A stretch of 64,000 nt of DNA from an uncultured Veillonella sp. (GTDB lineage: Bacteria; Bacillota; Negativicutes; Veillonellales; Veillonellaceae): assembly GCA_900550175.1 (NCBI GenBank), contig URQX01000001.1, forward strand, positions 1,487 to 65,486, in the 5' to 3' direction. Numbering within the stretch: position 1 is the first letter of the stretch; the number at the start of each line of letters is the position of its first letter. Positions 29,089 to 38,595 of the stretch are shown one piece after another. The translations under genes were made by a program, and so were the position numbers. The notes beneath the pieces were generated by a model that saw only the letters and a list, made by a program, of their open reading frames with translations, was not told the DNA's origin and did no database searches.

Positions 29089-30165
29089 ATGAAAGAGATA
29101 ATTCGCACATTGAAACCCTATATACCTGAGGAACCTGCTGCAGCGGTAAAGGAACGCCTCGGTGTGGAACGCTTGGTGCGTTTGTCAGCCAACGAAAACC
29201 CATATGGGACCTCTCCATTGGTGCGTGAGGCTATCCTTAGCTATGTAACCCATAATGATGCTAACTATTATCCTGATGGGAATGCTACCGATTTGCGCCT
29301 AAAATTAGCAGAGTATTGGAAGGTACAACCAGAACAACTCGTTATTGGTGTAGGTCTCGATGAGGTCATTGCTATGGTTAATAAAACATTGATAAGCGCC
29401 GGCGACTCCATCGTGGTAAGCGTGCCAGCTTTCTCAGAATATGCATTGAATGGCCTTGTGGAAGGTGCTGAAATTCGCGAGGTTGAGGCCGATTTTGAAA
29501 CAGGTCATTATGATTTCTCTGCCCTTGTGAAAGCAGTGGATGAAACAACACGCCTCGTGTGGATTTGTAATCCTAACAATCCAACAGGAACCTATGAGTC
29601 TGTTGAAGATATTCGTAAATTCGTAGCTGCTGTACCTAAGGAAACATTGGTCATCATCGATGAGGCATATAGTGATTTTGTTACCGCTGTAGCAGTTCCT
29701 ACAGCACGAGCGCTTTTAGATGAGTTCCCTAATGTAGCTATCATGCGTACCTTCTCCAAGGCATATGGCCTTGCTAATTATCGCGTAGGATATATGATGA
29801 CACCTGTAGAGTTGGCTAATTACATGCAAACTATCCGCTTGCCGTATAATCTCAATACCTTGTCCCAAGTGGCTGCAGAAGCTGCTTTTGAGGATCAAGC
29901 ATTCCTAAGAAGAACAGTTTCTCAAAATGCAGAGGAACGGGCAAAATGGGAGAGTCTATTTGATGAATTAAACATTCACTACTATAAGAGTGAAGCGAAC
30001 TTTATTTTCTTTACTGTACCTGATGCGGAAGGCTTAGCCGATGCTTGGCTAAAAGAAGGCTATCAAGTGCGCCGTGGACAACGGGAAGGTTGGTTGAGAC
30101 TTACCATTCCAATGGCTCAAGATGGAGCTGTTATGCGCGGTATATTAAAAGAATTCATGAATTAA
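29089..30165 (+). CDS. hisC: Histidinol-phosphate aminotransferase
   Basis: LSANENPYG, CNPNNPTG, DEAY, RTFSKAYGLA. Confidence 0.94.
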   Translation: MKEIIRTLKPYIPEEPAAAVKERLGVERLVRLSANENPYGTSPLVREAILSYVTHNDANYYPDGNATDLRLKLAEYWKVQPEQLVIGVGLDEVIAMVNKTLISAGDSIVVSVPAFSEYALNGLVEGAEIREVEADFETGHYDFSALVKAVDETTRLVWICNPNNPTGTYESVEDIRKFVAAVPKETLVIIDEAYSDFVTAVAVPTARALLDEFPNVAIMRTFSKAYGLANYRVGYMMTPVELANYMQTIRLPYNLNTLSQVAAEAAFEDQAFLRRTVSQNAEERAKWESLFDELNIHYYKSEANFIFFTVPDAEGLADAWLKEGYQVRRGQREGWLRLTIPMAQDGAVMRGILKEFMN

Positions 30166-30365
30166 TCAATATGGGATATATCATATATACTAATAATTCG
30201 CGCCTTATGATATCAAGTTTCACTCTATAGAATAGAGTTTAGCTTTTACCCAATTGAATGGCAGGATTTTTTATCCTGTTTAGAGAATATATATAACGAA
30301 AACAACGTGAATAATGAGCCCTAGTGATGACTAGGGCTCATTAAGGCTGTTGAAAGGAGTATATT

Positions 30366-30992
30366 ATGATTGCCATTATAGATTATGATGCGGGCAATAC
30401 ATTTAATGTCCAGAAAGCGTTGGCCTACATCGGACTTGATGCGGTGCTAACAGCAGATCCTGAGATTATATTAAATGCTGATGGTGTTCTCTTGCCAGGT
30501 GTAGGTGCCTATGCGTCGGCAGTATCCGTTCTTAAGGAACGTGGTCTCGTTGATGTCATTCATGAAGTGGTAAAACGAGAAATACCATTATTAGGTATTT
30601 GCTTGGGTATGCAGTTATTATTTGAAGAGTCCGAAGAATATGGTCCAACACCAGGCTTAGGCCTTATTCCAGGCAAGGTAAAGGAAATCCCTCGTGACCT
30701 TGGCGTCAGTGTACCTCACATGGGTTGGAACAAAAATACAGTGCACCATCCAGACAGTGCTTTCAGCAATGTAGACGATCAATATACCTATTTCGTTCAT
30801 TCCTACTATGTAGATACTGACCCTGAGTTTATTACATCTACTGCTAACTATGGTATCGATGTACCAGGTGTTGTAGAGCGTGGTAGAGTATATGGAATGC
30901 AATTCCATCCTGAAAAAAGTGGTGTTGTAGGTTTAAACCTATTGCGTACATTTGGCAATATTACAGAAGCCTATGCAGCGGCGAAAAAATAG
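30366..30992 (+). CDS. hisH: Imidazole glycerol phosphate synthase glutaminase subunit
   Basis: LPGVG, LGICLGMQ, YFVHSY, QFHPEKS. Confidence 0.95.
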   Translation: MIAIIDYDAGNTFNVQKALAYIGLDAVLTADPEIILNADGVLLPGVGAYASAVSVLKERGLVDVIHEVVKREIPLLGICLGMQLLFEESEEYGPTPGLGLIPGKVKEIPRDLGVSVPHMGWNKNTVHHPDSAFSNVDDQYTYFVHSYYVDTDPEFITSTANYGIDVPGVVERGRVYGMQFHPEKSGVVGLNLLRTFGNITEAYAAAKK

Positions 30993-31004
30993 GAGGGTCA
31001 TCTT

Positions 31005-31775
31005 ATGTTAGCGAAACGTATTATCCCTTGCCTCAGTGTGGCAAATGGTCGTGTCCAGAATGGCGTTCAATTCCGCGATATGGTGGATGCTGGCGACCCT
31101 GTAGAATGTGCAGAACGCTATGAAATACAAGGTGCAGACGAACTTGTATTATTAGATATAACTGCTACAACTGAAGGCCGTAAGACTTTCACTGATATAG
31201 TGCTCAATGCATCTGATAAGGTGTTTATGCCACTTACTGTAGGCGGTGGCATTACGTCCGTTGAGGATATGACGCAACTTATGAAAGCTGGTGCCGATAA
31301 GGTTTCTATCAATACGGCGGCACTATCTAATCCATCCCTTATCACAGAAGGCGCAAAGAAATTTGGCAATCAAGGTATTGTAGTGTGTTTAGATGTAAAA
31401 TATAATCCCTTTGAAAAAATGTGGTATGCTTATGGACATGGCACATCGAATGATCCGGGGGCACAATGTAAAAATGCTCTAGAATGGGCAAAAGAAGCAG
31501 TAGACCGTGGTGCAGGTGAGTTATTGGTAACGAGTATCGATAGACATGGCACGGGGCTTGGCTTTGATATTGAATTATATCAAGCCCTAGCAGAGGTTGT
31601 GGATGTACCTGTAACCGCCTTTGGTGGTGCTGGAAATATACAGCATTTTGTGGATTTATTTACAAAGACAAATGTAACGGGAGCTCTTGTAGGTGCGTTG
31701 TTACATAACAAAGTTTTAACTATAAAAGATATCAAAAAAGCCCTTCACAAAGCAGGTATTGTAGTAAGACAATAG
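31005..31775 (+). CDS. Second HisF paralogue with altered catalytic residues
   Basis: Colinear with 27391-28149, but PCLSV replaces PCLDV and RVQNG replaces RVKKG. Confidence 0.85.
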   Translation: MLAKRIIPCLSVANGRVQNGVQFRDMVDAGDPVECAERYEIQGADELVLLDITATTEGRKTFTDIVLNASDKVFMPLTVGGGITSVEDMTQLMKAGADKVSINTAALSNPSLITEGAKKFGNQGIVVCLDVKYNPFEKMWYAYGHGTSNDPGAQCKNALEWAKEAVDRGAGELLVTSIDRHGTGLGFDIELYQALAEVVDVPVTAFGGAGNIQHFVDLFTKTNVTGALVGALLHNKVLTIKDIKKALHKAGIVVRQ

Positions 31776-31800
31776 ATAATTACTATCAAAATAAAACGAT

Positions 31801-31834
31801 AAAAGCATTCACTGAGTAACGGAGAATGCTTTTT
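31801..31834 (+). terminator. Terminator after the his cluster
   Basis: aaaagcattc...gaatgctttt. Confidence 0.7.
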
Positions 31835-32022
31835 GTTTATGTCTTTAACTCATAATGTACATTCAAAATGAGAAATTGATAATTGACACATCTATGTTTA
31901 GATATACAATAATTATTGTAAGTACTAAAAGTTTTGAGAGCCAATGTGGCATGGATGTGCAAAAGATTTATCAGATATTTTTATATAACACCATGTCACA
32001 CAAGACAATTGGAGGTGTTTAT

Positions 32023-33855
32023 ATGGTTATGAATGGTATTTACTTAGTTATAGCCTCCGCGTGTATTCTAATTTTAGCGTACCGCCTTTATGGGGCTTTC
32101 ATAGCGGCGAAAGTATTAACATTGGATGAATATCGTCCAACGCCAGCTATGGTCCACAATGATGGTCACGATTACGTGCCCACAAACAAATGGGTAACAT
32201 TTGGTCATCACTTTGCAGCGATTGCAGGTGCAGGCCCTCTTGTAGGTCCTGTTATCGCAGCCCAGTTCGGGTATTTACCTGGTGCATTATGGATCCTTAT
32301 CGGTTCCGTATTAGCCGGCGCTGTACATGACATGGTTATCTTGTTCGCATCCGTTCGCTATGATGGTAAATCTATTGCGGATATTGCACGGGAAGAAATC
32401 AGTAAGTTCGCTGGTTTCGGTGCTATGCTTGCTACATTGTTCCTATTGATTATCACCCTTGCTGGTATGGCCGTAGTAGTAGCTAACGCATTGCATAACT
32501 CCCCATGGGGGTTCTTCTCCGTATTTGCTACAATTCCAATCGCTATTTTCATTGGTATTTATTTGAAATGGTTGCGTCCTGGTAAAATTCAAGAAGCCAC
32601 TGTTATCGGTGTAGCGTTGATCTTCGCAGCTATTATCTACGGTCCAAACGTAGCAGCTAGCGAATATGCTTCTTGGTTTACATATGACTTGCAAACCATC
32701 GAAATCATGCTTGCAGTATATGGTTTCTTTGCAGCAGCATTGCCAGTATGGTTATTGCTTGCTCCTCGTGACTATTTGTCCACATACCTTAAAATCGGTA
32801 CAATCGGCGCATTGGCTCTCGGTATTATCATCGTAATGCCTGAAATTCAAATGCCAGCTGTAACTCCTTACATCTGGGGTGGCGGTCCTGTATTGAAAGG
32901 TTCTGTATTCCCTTACATCTTCATTACTATCGCATGTGGTGCGTTATCTGGTTTCCATACTGTTATCGCAACAGGTACAACACCTAAAATGCTTACTAAT
33001 GAAAAAGAAATTTTACCTATCGGTTATGGTGCAATGTTAACAGAAGGCTTTATCGCTATGATGGCGTTGATTGCCGCAACTGCATTGCATCCAGATGATT
33101 ACTTCGCAATTAACTCCACTGTTGAATCCTTCAAAGCATTAGGCCTTCAAGTTCATGAATTACCAGCTTTGTCTGCGATGGTTGGCGAAGATTTGATGCA
33201 CCGTCCTGGTGGCGCCGTATCCCTTGCAGTAGGTATGGCTCATATCTTCTCTAGATTGCCTAACATGGATCACTTGCTGGGGTACTGGTATCACTTCTGT
33301 ATCATGTTCGAAGCATTGTTCATCATGACTTTGATCGATGCTGGTACTCGCGTAGGTCGTTACTTACTTCAAGAATTATTAGGTCATTTCCATCCTAAAT
33401 TCAACGACCAACATTGGGCTCCTGGCGTTTATGGTTGTGCAGCTTTAATTTGTATTTTGTGGGGCTACCTAGTTCTACAAGGTAACATCGGTATTATCTG
33501 GCCTCTATTCGGCGTATCTAACCAATTACTAGGTACCATGACATTGGCCGTAGGTACTACAGTTATCATGCGACTTGGCCGTAAACGTTATGCATGGGTA
33601 ACAGGTATTCCTTGTATCCTTATGGCTATCGTTGCTATCGCTGCGGACTTTGAAAACGTATTTAACAGCTATATCCCAGCTGGTAAATGGATTCTAGTGG
33701 CATTCAGTGCTGCTATGTTCCTCATGATCCTTATCGTATTAGTAGAAGCTGTACGCAGCTGGATTCGCTTGTCCAATATTCCTCAAGATTATCGTACACA
33801 AGCTGAAATCGAAGCTGAAAGCCTCGTAAAATACGGTAAACAAGTAAAAGCATAA
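32023..33855 (+). CDS. cstA: Carbon starvation protein A family transporter (peptide/pyruvate)
   Basis: FGHHFAAIAGAGPLVGP, LLAPRDYLS, ITIACGALSGFH, WPLFGVSNQLL. Start follows GGAGG. Confidence 0.93.
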   Translation: MVMNGIYLVIASACILILAYRLYGAFIAAKVLTLDEYRPTPAMVHNDGHDYVPTNKWVTFGHHFAAIAGAGPLVGPVIAAQFGYLPGALWILIGSVLAGAVHDMVILFASVRYDGKSIADIAREEISKFAGFGAMLATLFLLIITLAGMAVVVANALHNSPWGFFSVFATIPIAIFIGIYLKWLRPGKIQEATVIGVALIFAAIIYGPNVAASEYASWFTYDLQTIEIMLAVYGFFAAALPVWLLLAPRDYLSTYLKIGTIGALALGIIIVMPEIQMPAVTPYIWGGGPVLKGSVFPYIFITIACGALSGFHTVIATGTTPKMLTNEKEILPIGYGAMLTEGFIAMMALIAATALHPDDYFAINSTVESFKALGLQVHELPALSAMVGEDLMHRPGGAVSLAVGMAHIFSRLPNMDHLLGYWYHFCIMFEALFIMTLIDAGTRVGRYLLQELLGHFHPKFNDQHWAPGVYGCAALICILWGYLVLQGNIGIIWPLFGVSNQLLGTMTLAVGTTVIMRLGRKRYAWVTGIPCILMAIVAIAADFENVFNSYIPAGKWILVAFSAAMFLMILIVLVEAVRSWIRLSNIPQDYRTQAEIEAESLVKYGKQVKA

Positions 33856-33875
33856 TATTTGTTTTTATAACGCAT

Positions 33876-33906
33876 AAAGTGCACTCACCTTTGTGAGTGC
33901 ACTTTT
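33876..33906 (+). terminator. Intrinsic terminator
   Basis: aaagtgcactcac / gtgagtgcacttt. Confidence 0.85.
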
Positions 33907-34016
33907 AGTTTATAAATTTGCTGCCTTTTTTATAAAATAGTAAACTATATACATGTACGAAGCATTTGTTAATGGCAACTTGTAAATGTGTAACAGAGAA
34001 AGTATCGGAGCGTATT

Positions 34017-35291
34017 ATGAATATTAGAATGGCAATAATGGCAGCAGTTATTAGTTCTACTGCAGTTTTTACGGCACATGGTGTAGATGTATCGATTCCA
34101 GGGGCAAATCCTAAAATGCCTGCAGTAGTATATAGTGATAACATCGTAGATCAAACTAAAGTAGATAGGTTGACAAAAAAACTGTCATCTTTATTTGATA
34201 AGAAAATGACCTCAGATGTGACTGTAGAGCCTCAAAATAGAGTAAAGGCAAATATCTTGGATAAAGGTATTATTGATTATAAAGCACATAACTATAGTTC
34301 CTCTATTTATGTGCTATCTGGAGAAAATCGTTCTATTCAATTTACCTTACCAACTACATCTAATAAGAGTATAGCGGTGCCTCGGGGTAAAGGCTATAAA
34401 CAATATGCTATGTCTAATCTTGGTATGATTGGTATTGAGGTTGAGCCTGTAAAGGATACAAATGTTTGGGCTGAATCTGGTAAAAGTTATGCTGAACTTA
34501 CCGTAGAGGATATGAAAGCTGCTTTCGCAAAACACAATCCAGGTGCTAACAATACTTTTGTCGATGGTGGGAAGTTTACATATCCCGGTATTGAAAATGG
34601 TACGTGGGATGTAGCAACCTCGAATGGCAAACTTGGTAAAAATACAATTAGTACGATTAATTTTTCCTATAAAAATAATCCGAACTATATGTACCATATT
34701 GGTATTGTAGACACTAATAAGAAGGCTAATTACAAACATAATTTAGGTTTGTTAGCAAATTATACAATTCCTTCCATTATGGAGAAACCGGAGATTACGA
34801 TTCCTAATACAGTAGAAACATTGGGAGATTTTACATATCGTCGAATTGAAGGAACGACTATAAAAAAGAATGTAGCTGAAGACGGTGGACTTTTTAAAGC
34901 TTATGAAACAGATGGGCTAGCACATCTATTATTAGTTAATCCAATCAAAGAAGGAGCTTCTAAAAATAAGCTTTTAACAGCTACATTAGCCAAGCAGATC
35001 CTTCATAGTAGCATTGGAAAAGATGGGAAAGTAAATATCTATACTGTATGGCATAACAATACGCCAGGAATACTACTGGATATTCAGTATCCTGCTTTTA
35101 ATGCAATGGAAATATCTTATATAACAAGAAATGATAAGAATTTATTTATTCACACTATCATTGCTAATCGTACTAAGAAAAATATTAGTCGAGATGATTT
35201 GATTAACTTGCTTATCGATGTGCAAATGAAAGGTGAGACTATGGATTCCACCAGTGTGATATCTCCTTTGCCTGAATATGAACTCGAATGA
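34017..35291 (+). CDS. Hypothetical exported protein
   Basis: Long ORF with a signal-peptide-like start (MNIRMAIMAAVISSTAVFTAHG). No family recognised. Confidence 0.7.
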   Translation: MNIRMAIMAAVISSTAVFTAHGVDVSIPGANPKMPAVVYSDNIVDQTKVDRLTKKLSSLFDKKMTSDVTVEPQNRVKANILDKGIIDYKAHNYSSSIYVLSGENRSIQFTLPTTSNKSIAVPRGKGYKQYAMSNLGMIGIEVEPVKDTNVWAESGKSYAELTVEDMKAAFAKHNPGANNTFVDGGKFTYPGIENGTWDVATSNGKLGKNTISTINFSYKNNPNYMYHIGIVDTNKKANYKHNLGLLANYTIPSIMEKPEITIPNTVETLGDFTYRRIEGTTIKKNVAEDGGLFKAYETDGLAHLLLVNPIKEGASKNKLLTATLAKQILHSSIGKDGKVNIYTVWHNNTPGILLDIQYPAFNAMEISYITRNDKNLFIHTIIANRTKKNISRDDLINLLIDVQMKGETMDSTSVISPLPEYELE

Positions 35292-35386
35292 TATTAAAAC
35301 GTTTAACTTTATAGAGTTTTAAAATGTACAATATAACGGAGCCAATCAAAATCAAACTCACAACCTCAACGTGATATAATAGCTCT

Positions 35387-37003
35387 ATGAAACATTACGT
35401 GTGTTCCTATTGGACAAAATATAAACAATTATATAAGAAAGGCCTAAAAGGCATTGTTGCTTTTCTTGCCATTGGAGCGATTATTTTCTTTGTGCTCGCT
35501 ACGATAGCGAGTCGCGGAATGGGCGTTATCTTCAATGAGGTTATGGCTCGACAAACGATGATGCGTGGTTCTGTAACAGTAGAGAGTTTAACCGCAACAC
35601 CGTGGGGAACATTATCCTTTACCGATTTGGTGTGGAAGGATCCAGAAGGTCGTGAATTGCTCACCGTTCCAAGTGGTAAAATTCGCGTCAATATGTGGGA
35701 CGTAGTCACTCGTAACTTTAAGGCTTCCGCTATCAATGGAATTGAGCTTAATGATGCTACAATCGTAGTCGATCTAGATGATAACAACCGGCTCGATTTT
35801 GTGCCGGCTTCGCCTGATGTGAATAAGCCTCTCGATGAGGTGGAACCCCGCCCTAAGCCGCCTAAAAAAACTACTCAAGATCGGCAAGAGGAATTAGCTA
35901 AGAAGGTTCGTAATTTTAATTGGGAAGGCCAACATTTGGATCTTACCATTACACTTAGAAATAATCAGCTAGAAATCTTTCAGAAAAATCGTCACTATGT
36001 GATGAAGAATGTAGAGGCTAAAATCCATCTTGATAGTAAGCGCGCTATTCGCGTTGATATGGAAACTGGTAAATTTGGAGGTACTGCTATTGGTGATGGA
36101 ATGACACTAAAAGGACGCGTTGATTTAAAGGAAGTGTTAAAGCATCGCATGCCTCAGCTAGATTTACAGTTTGATGTGAAAGGCGTAGACCCATCATCAC
36201 TTGGTTTTGGCGATAATATTCACGATGCTATGACCTTGCTGACGCGAGTAACTGGTGATTTTAATCGACCGTTGGCTAAAGGCCGTGTAACGATGCCTAT
36301 TTTACGTATTCCTGCGCTTACCTTTGAAAACGTCGTGGGTGATGTAATATACCAAGATGGCATTTTAAACTTTGAAAATGTTAATGCTAATGTGTACAGT
36401 GGCAAATTAGAGGCAAAAGGTGTATATAATTTAGACACAAGAGCCTATACCATTACAGGAGTAGCTAAGGATTTAGATAGTAGTGAGGCTCTTAAAACAC
36501 CTGAGTTCGTCGTTCCTGTATCGGCTAATTTGAACTTTAAAAGCGAAGGTAAGCCTCGCGATATGGAGGTATGGGGGAATTTTTGGTCTGGTGAAGGCCA
36601 TTATATGCTCATTCCTATTAAGAATATTACAGGAAGCTTTCACAATAAGGGGCGCCATTTGTCCTTTAGTGATGTGAAGGTGAATACAAATATTACGACC
36701 ATTTCCACAGATGCACTTCGCATCGATAATGGTCAGCTTACCATGGGGCCACTCAATATTACGTCCCACGGGGGAAGTAATTTTATCATCTATGATGAAT
36801 ACTCATTTGATGAGCTAGATGAGAATATGGACCGAATTAAAGAGGGGATGAAACAAGCTGGCGAAAATAGCAAACGTGCATCTGATTCGGCTAAAGGTCT
36901 CGATAACTTTAAGCCTCCTGAGGATTTAAAAGCATCCTTTGATGATGTAAAACGCCAAATGGATGGGGTGAAAGATGCTTTTAAAGGTATCAAAATAAAG
37001 TGA
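35387..37003 (+). CDS. AsmA/TamB-like envelope protein
   Basis: N-terminal membrane anchor followed by beta-rich repeats (VTGDFNRP, NANVYSGKL). Family is inferred. Confidence 0.55.
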   Translation: MKHYVCSYWTKYKQLYKKGLKGIVAFLAIGAIIFFVLATIASRGMGVIFNEVMARQTMMRGSVTVESLTATPWGTLSFTDLVWKDPEGRELLTVPSGKIRVNMWDVVTRNFKASAINGIELNDATIVVDLDDNNRLDFVPASPDVNKPLDEVEPRPKPPKKTTQDRQEELAKKVRNFNWEGQHLDLTITLRNNQLEIFQKNRHYVMKNVEAKIHLDSKRAIRVDMETGKFGGTAIGDGMTLKGRVDLKEVLKHRMPQLDLQFDVKGVDPSSLGFGDNIHDAMTLLTRVTGDFNRPLAKGRVTMPILRIPALTFENVVGDVIYQDGILNFENVNANVYSGKLEAKGVYNLDTRAYTITGVAKDLDSSEALKTPEFVVPVSANLNFKSEGKPRDMEVWGNFWSGEGHYMLIPIKNITGSFHNKGRHLSFSDVKVNTNITTISTDALRIDNGQLTMGPLNITSHGGSNFIIYDEYSFDELDENMDRIKEGMKQAGENSKRASDSAKGLDNFKPPEDLKASFDDVKRQMDGVKDAFKGIKIK

Positions 37004-37122
37004 TAAATGAAAGATAAATGATATTGCCTCTCTTTCATGGTGCACTTAGTTATCTAGTTTATAATAAATATCCGTTATCATAATTTTTGATAAAATACAT
37101 TTTAGTGTTCTCGGAGGTTTTT

Positions 37123-37476
37123 ATGAAAGCATCAAAACAAGTATCTATCGTTTTAGCTGCATCTGTACTTGCATTAGGTGTTGCTGCATTAGCACCACAA
37201 CAAGTATCTGCATCTATGGATTATAATACTTACAATCCTACAACATTGAGCCCTAACGGTACACGCTATGGCGCAGATACTACATATGTATCCAATAACA
37301 ACAATACAGATAATAGCACATATGTTATTAAAGACCCTGCTACAACAGAAGTAAAAGACTGGCCAGAGACTACTGTTACTGATGATGATCCAGCAGACTA
37401 TAGCCCTGAAGCAAATAGCCTTAGCTATTGGCTTGCCAAATTTAATAGAGTGCTTGGTAGAGATTACAAATTCTAG
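37123..37476 (+). CDS. Hypothetical secreted protein
   Basis: GGAGG RBS and a signal peptide ending ..QQVSA. Confidence 0.7.
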   Translation: MKASKQVSIVLAASVLALGVAALAPQQVSASMDYNTYNPTTLSPNGTRYGADTTYVSNNNNTDNSTYVIKDPATTEVKDWPETTVTDDDPADYSPEANSLSYWLAKFNRVLGRDYKF

Positions 37477-37506
37477 TTTTGAACAGCCATTTATGACTAT
37501 AAAAAG

Positions 37507-37533
37507 AAAAGGTCCCGTTATGGGACCTTTTTT
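37507..37533. terminator. Bidirectional terminator
   Basis: aaaaggtcccgttatgggacctttt between convergent genes. Confidence 0.8.
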
Positions 37534-37591
37534 GTTTGCCTAGATTGCGTTACATCTTTAATAGATTTATTTAACAATCTAATTGCTTCAC

Positions 37592-38338
37592 TTATCGATC
37601 TAATCCGTTAGCGCGTTGGTATTCAGATGTATTTGTAGATGGAGTTTGATCGTCTGTAGTTACAGTCTCTTTGGATACAGATTTTTTGATTTTAATAAGA
37701 GGTTTTTCTGTAGCTTTTGGCTCCTCTTTTTTCTTCACATCATTTTGAGATGGTGGTAAGAATGTGTTAAGTTCATTCTTGTGAGATACCTCTGTGTTTG
37801 TAGTAGATGCTAATTGGGCACGTTGAGGGGCGATGAAGATTTCATCCTTTGTAATTTTTACATCGTTCAATAATAATTTGAATACTTGAGGTTTTACAAA
37901 GATAGTACCATCTACCTTGCGAGCTGCAGGCAAGAAGGATTCAGAAGTATCAAGGTTAATAATCTTTAATTTGCCATGGCGTACTACTTCTGCAGAATCT
38001 GGTTGGATTGCTAGTGTAGCAATGTTCATGTCTACTAATGCTGTTTTAGTAGGCTCATCCCAAGCTACTTTATAGCCTAATGCTTCAGATACTTGGCGCA
38101 ATGCTACGAGCGGTTGACCGTCTACATAGATTACATTTTGCTGACCGTTAATAGGCTCAACTACCTTGCCATCTACATTAATGTGATGAGCAGTTGTAAC
38201 AGATGCTGGCTTTTCAAGGTTCATTGCTGGACCTGGATTCTCCATGCCGATGGCTGCTTGTGCAGGTTGTGCTGTACCAAATGTGAAAGCTAGTGCACCT
38301 ACAGCAATGCTAGATAAAATAAGCTGTTTTAATTTCAT
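37592..38338 (-). CDS. Secreted protein with a copper-amine-oxidase N-terminal (stalk) domain
   Basis: Signal peptide (AQA), then LVALRQVSEALGYKVAWD and PAARKVDGTIFV. Confidence 0.75.
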   Translation of the reverse strand: MKLKQLILSSIAVGALAFTFGTAQPAQAAIGMENPGPAMNLEKPASVTTAHHINVDGKVVEPINGQQNVIYVDGQPLVALRQVSEALGYKVAWDEPTKTALVDMNIATLAIQPDSAEVVRHGKLKIINLDTSESFLPAARKVDGTIFVKPQVFKLLLNDVKITKDEIFIAPQRAQLASTTNTEVSHKNELNTFLPPSQNDVKKKEEPKATEKPLIKIKKSVSKETVTTDDQTPSTNTSEYQRANGLDR

Positions 38339-38595
38339 AAGGAACCTCCATAAGGTGTTATATTTTTCTGAATGCATTAATCTTACCAAATGTATATGAA
38401 AATTTTATTATAAACTTAAATTTTACACAATTTAAAAAGAGATACATCTTACTTATTCTTAATAGTTTTTAATTAAGTAATATTTAAAATAATTTTATAC
38501 TTTACAAAAAAAAAATAACTATGTTATTCTGATGATATGTATTTCATGAATTTATCATGATTGGTGTTGTTAGAGTATGTTTATAGGAGAGTTTT

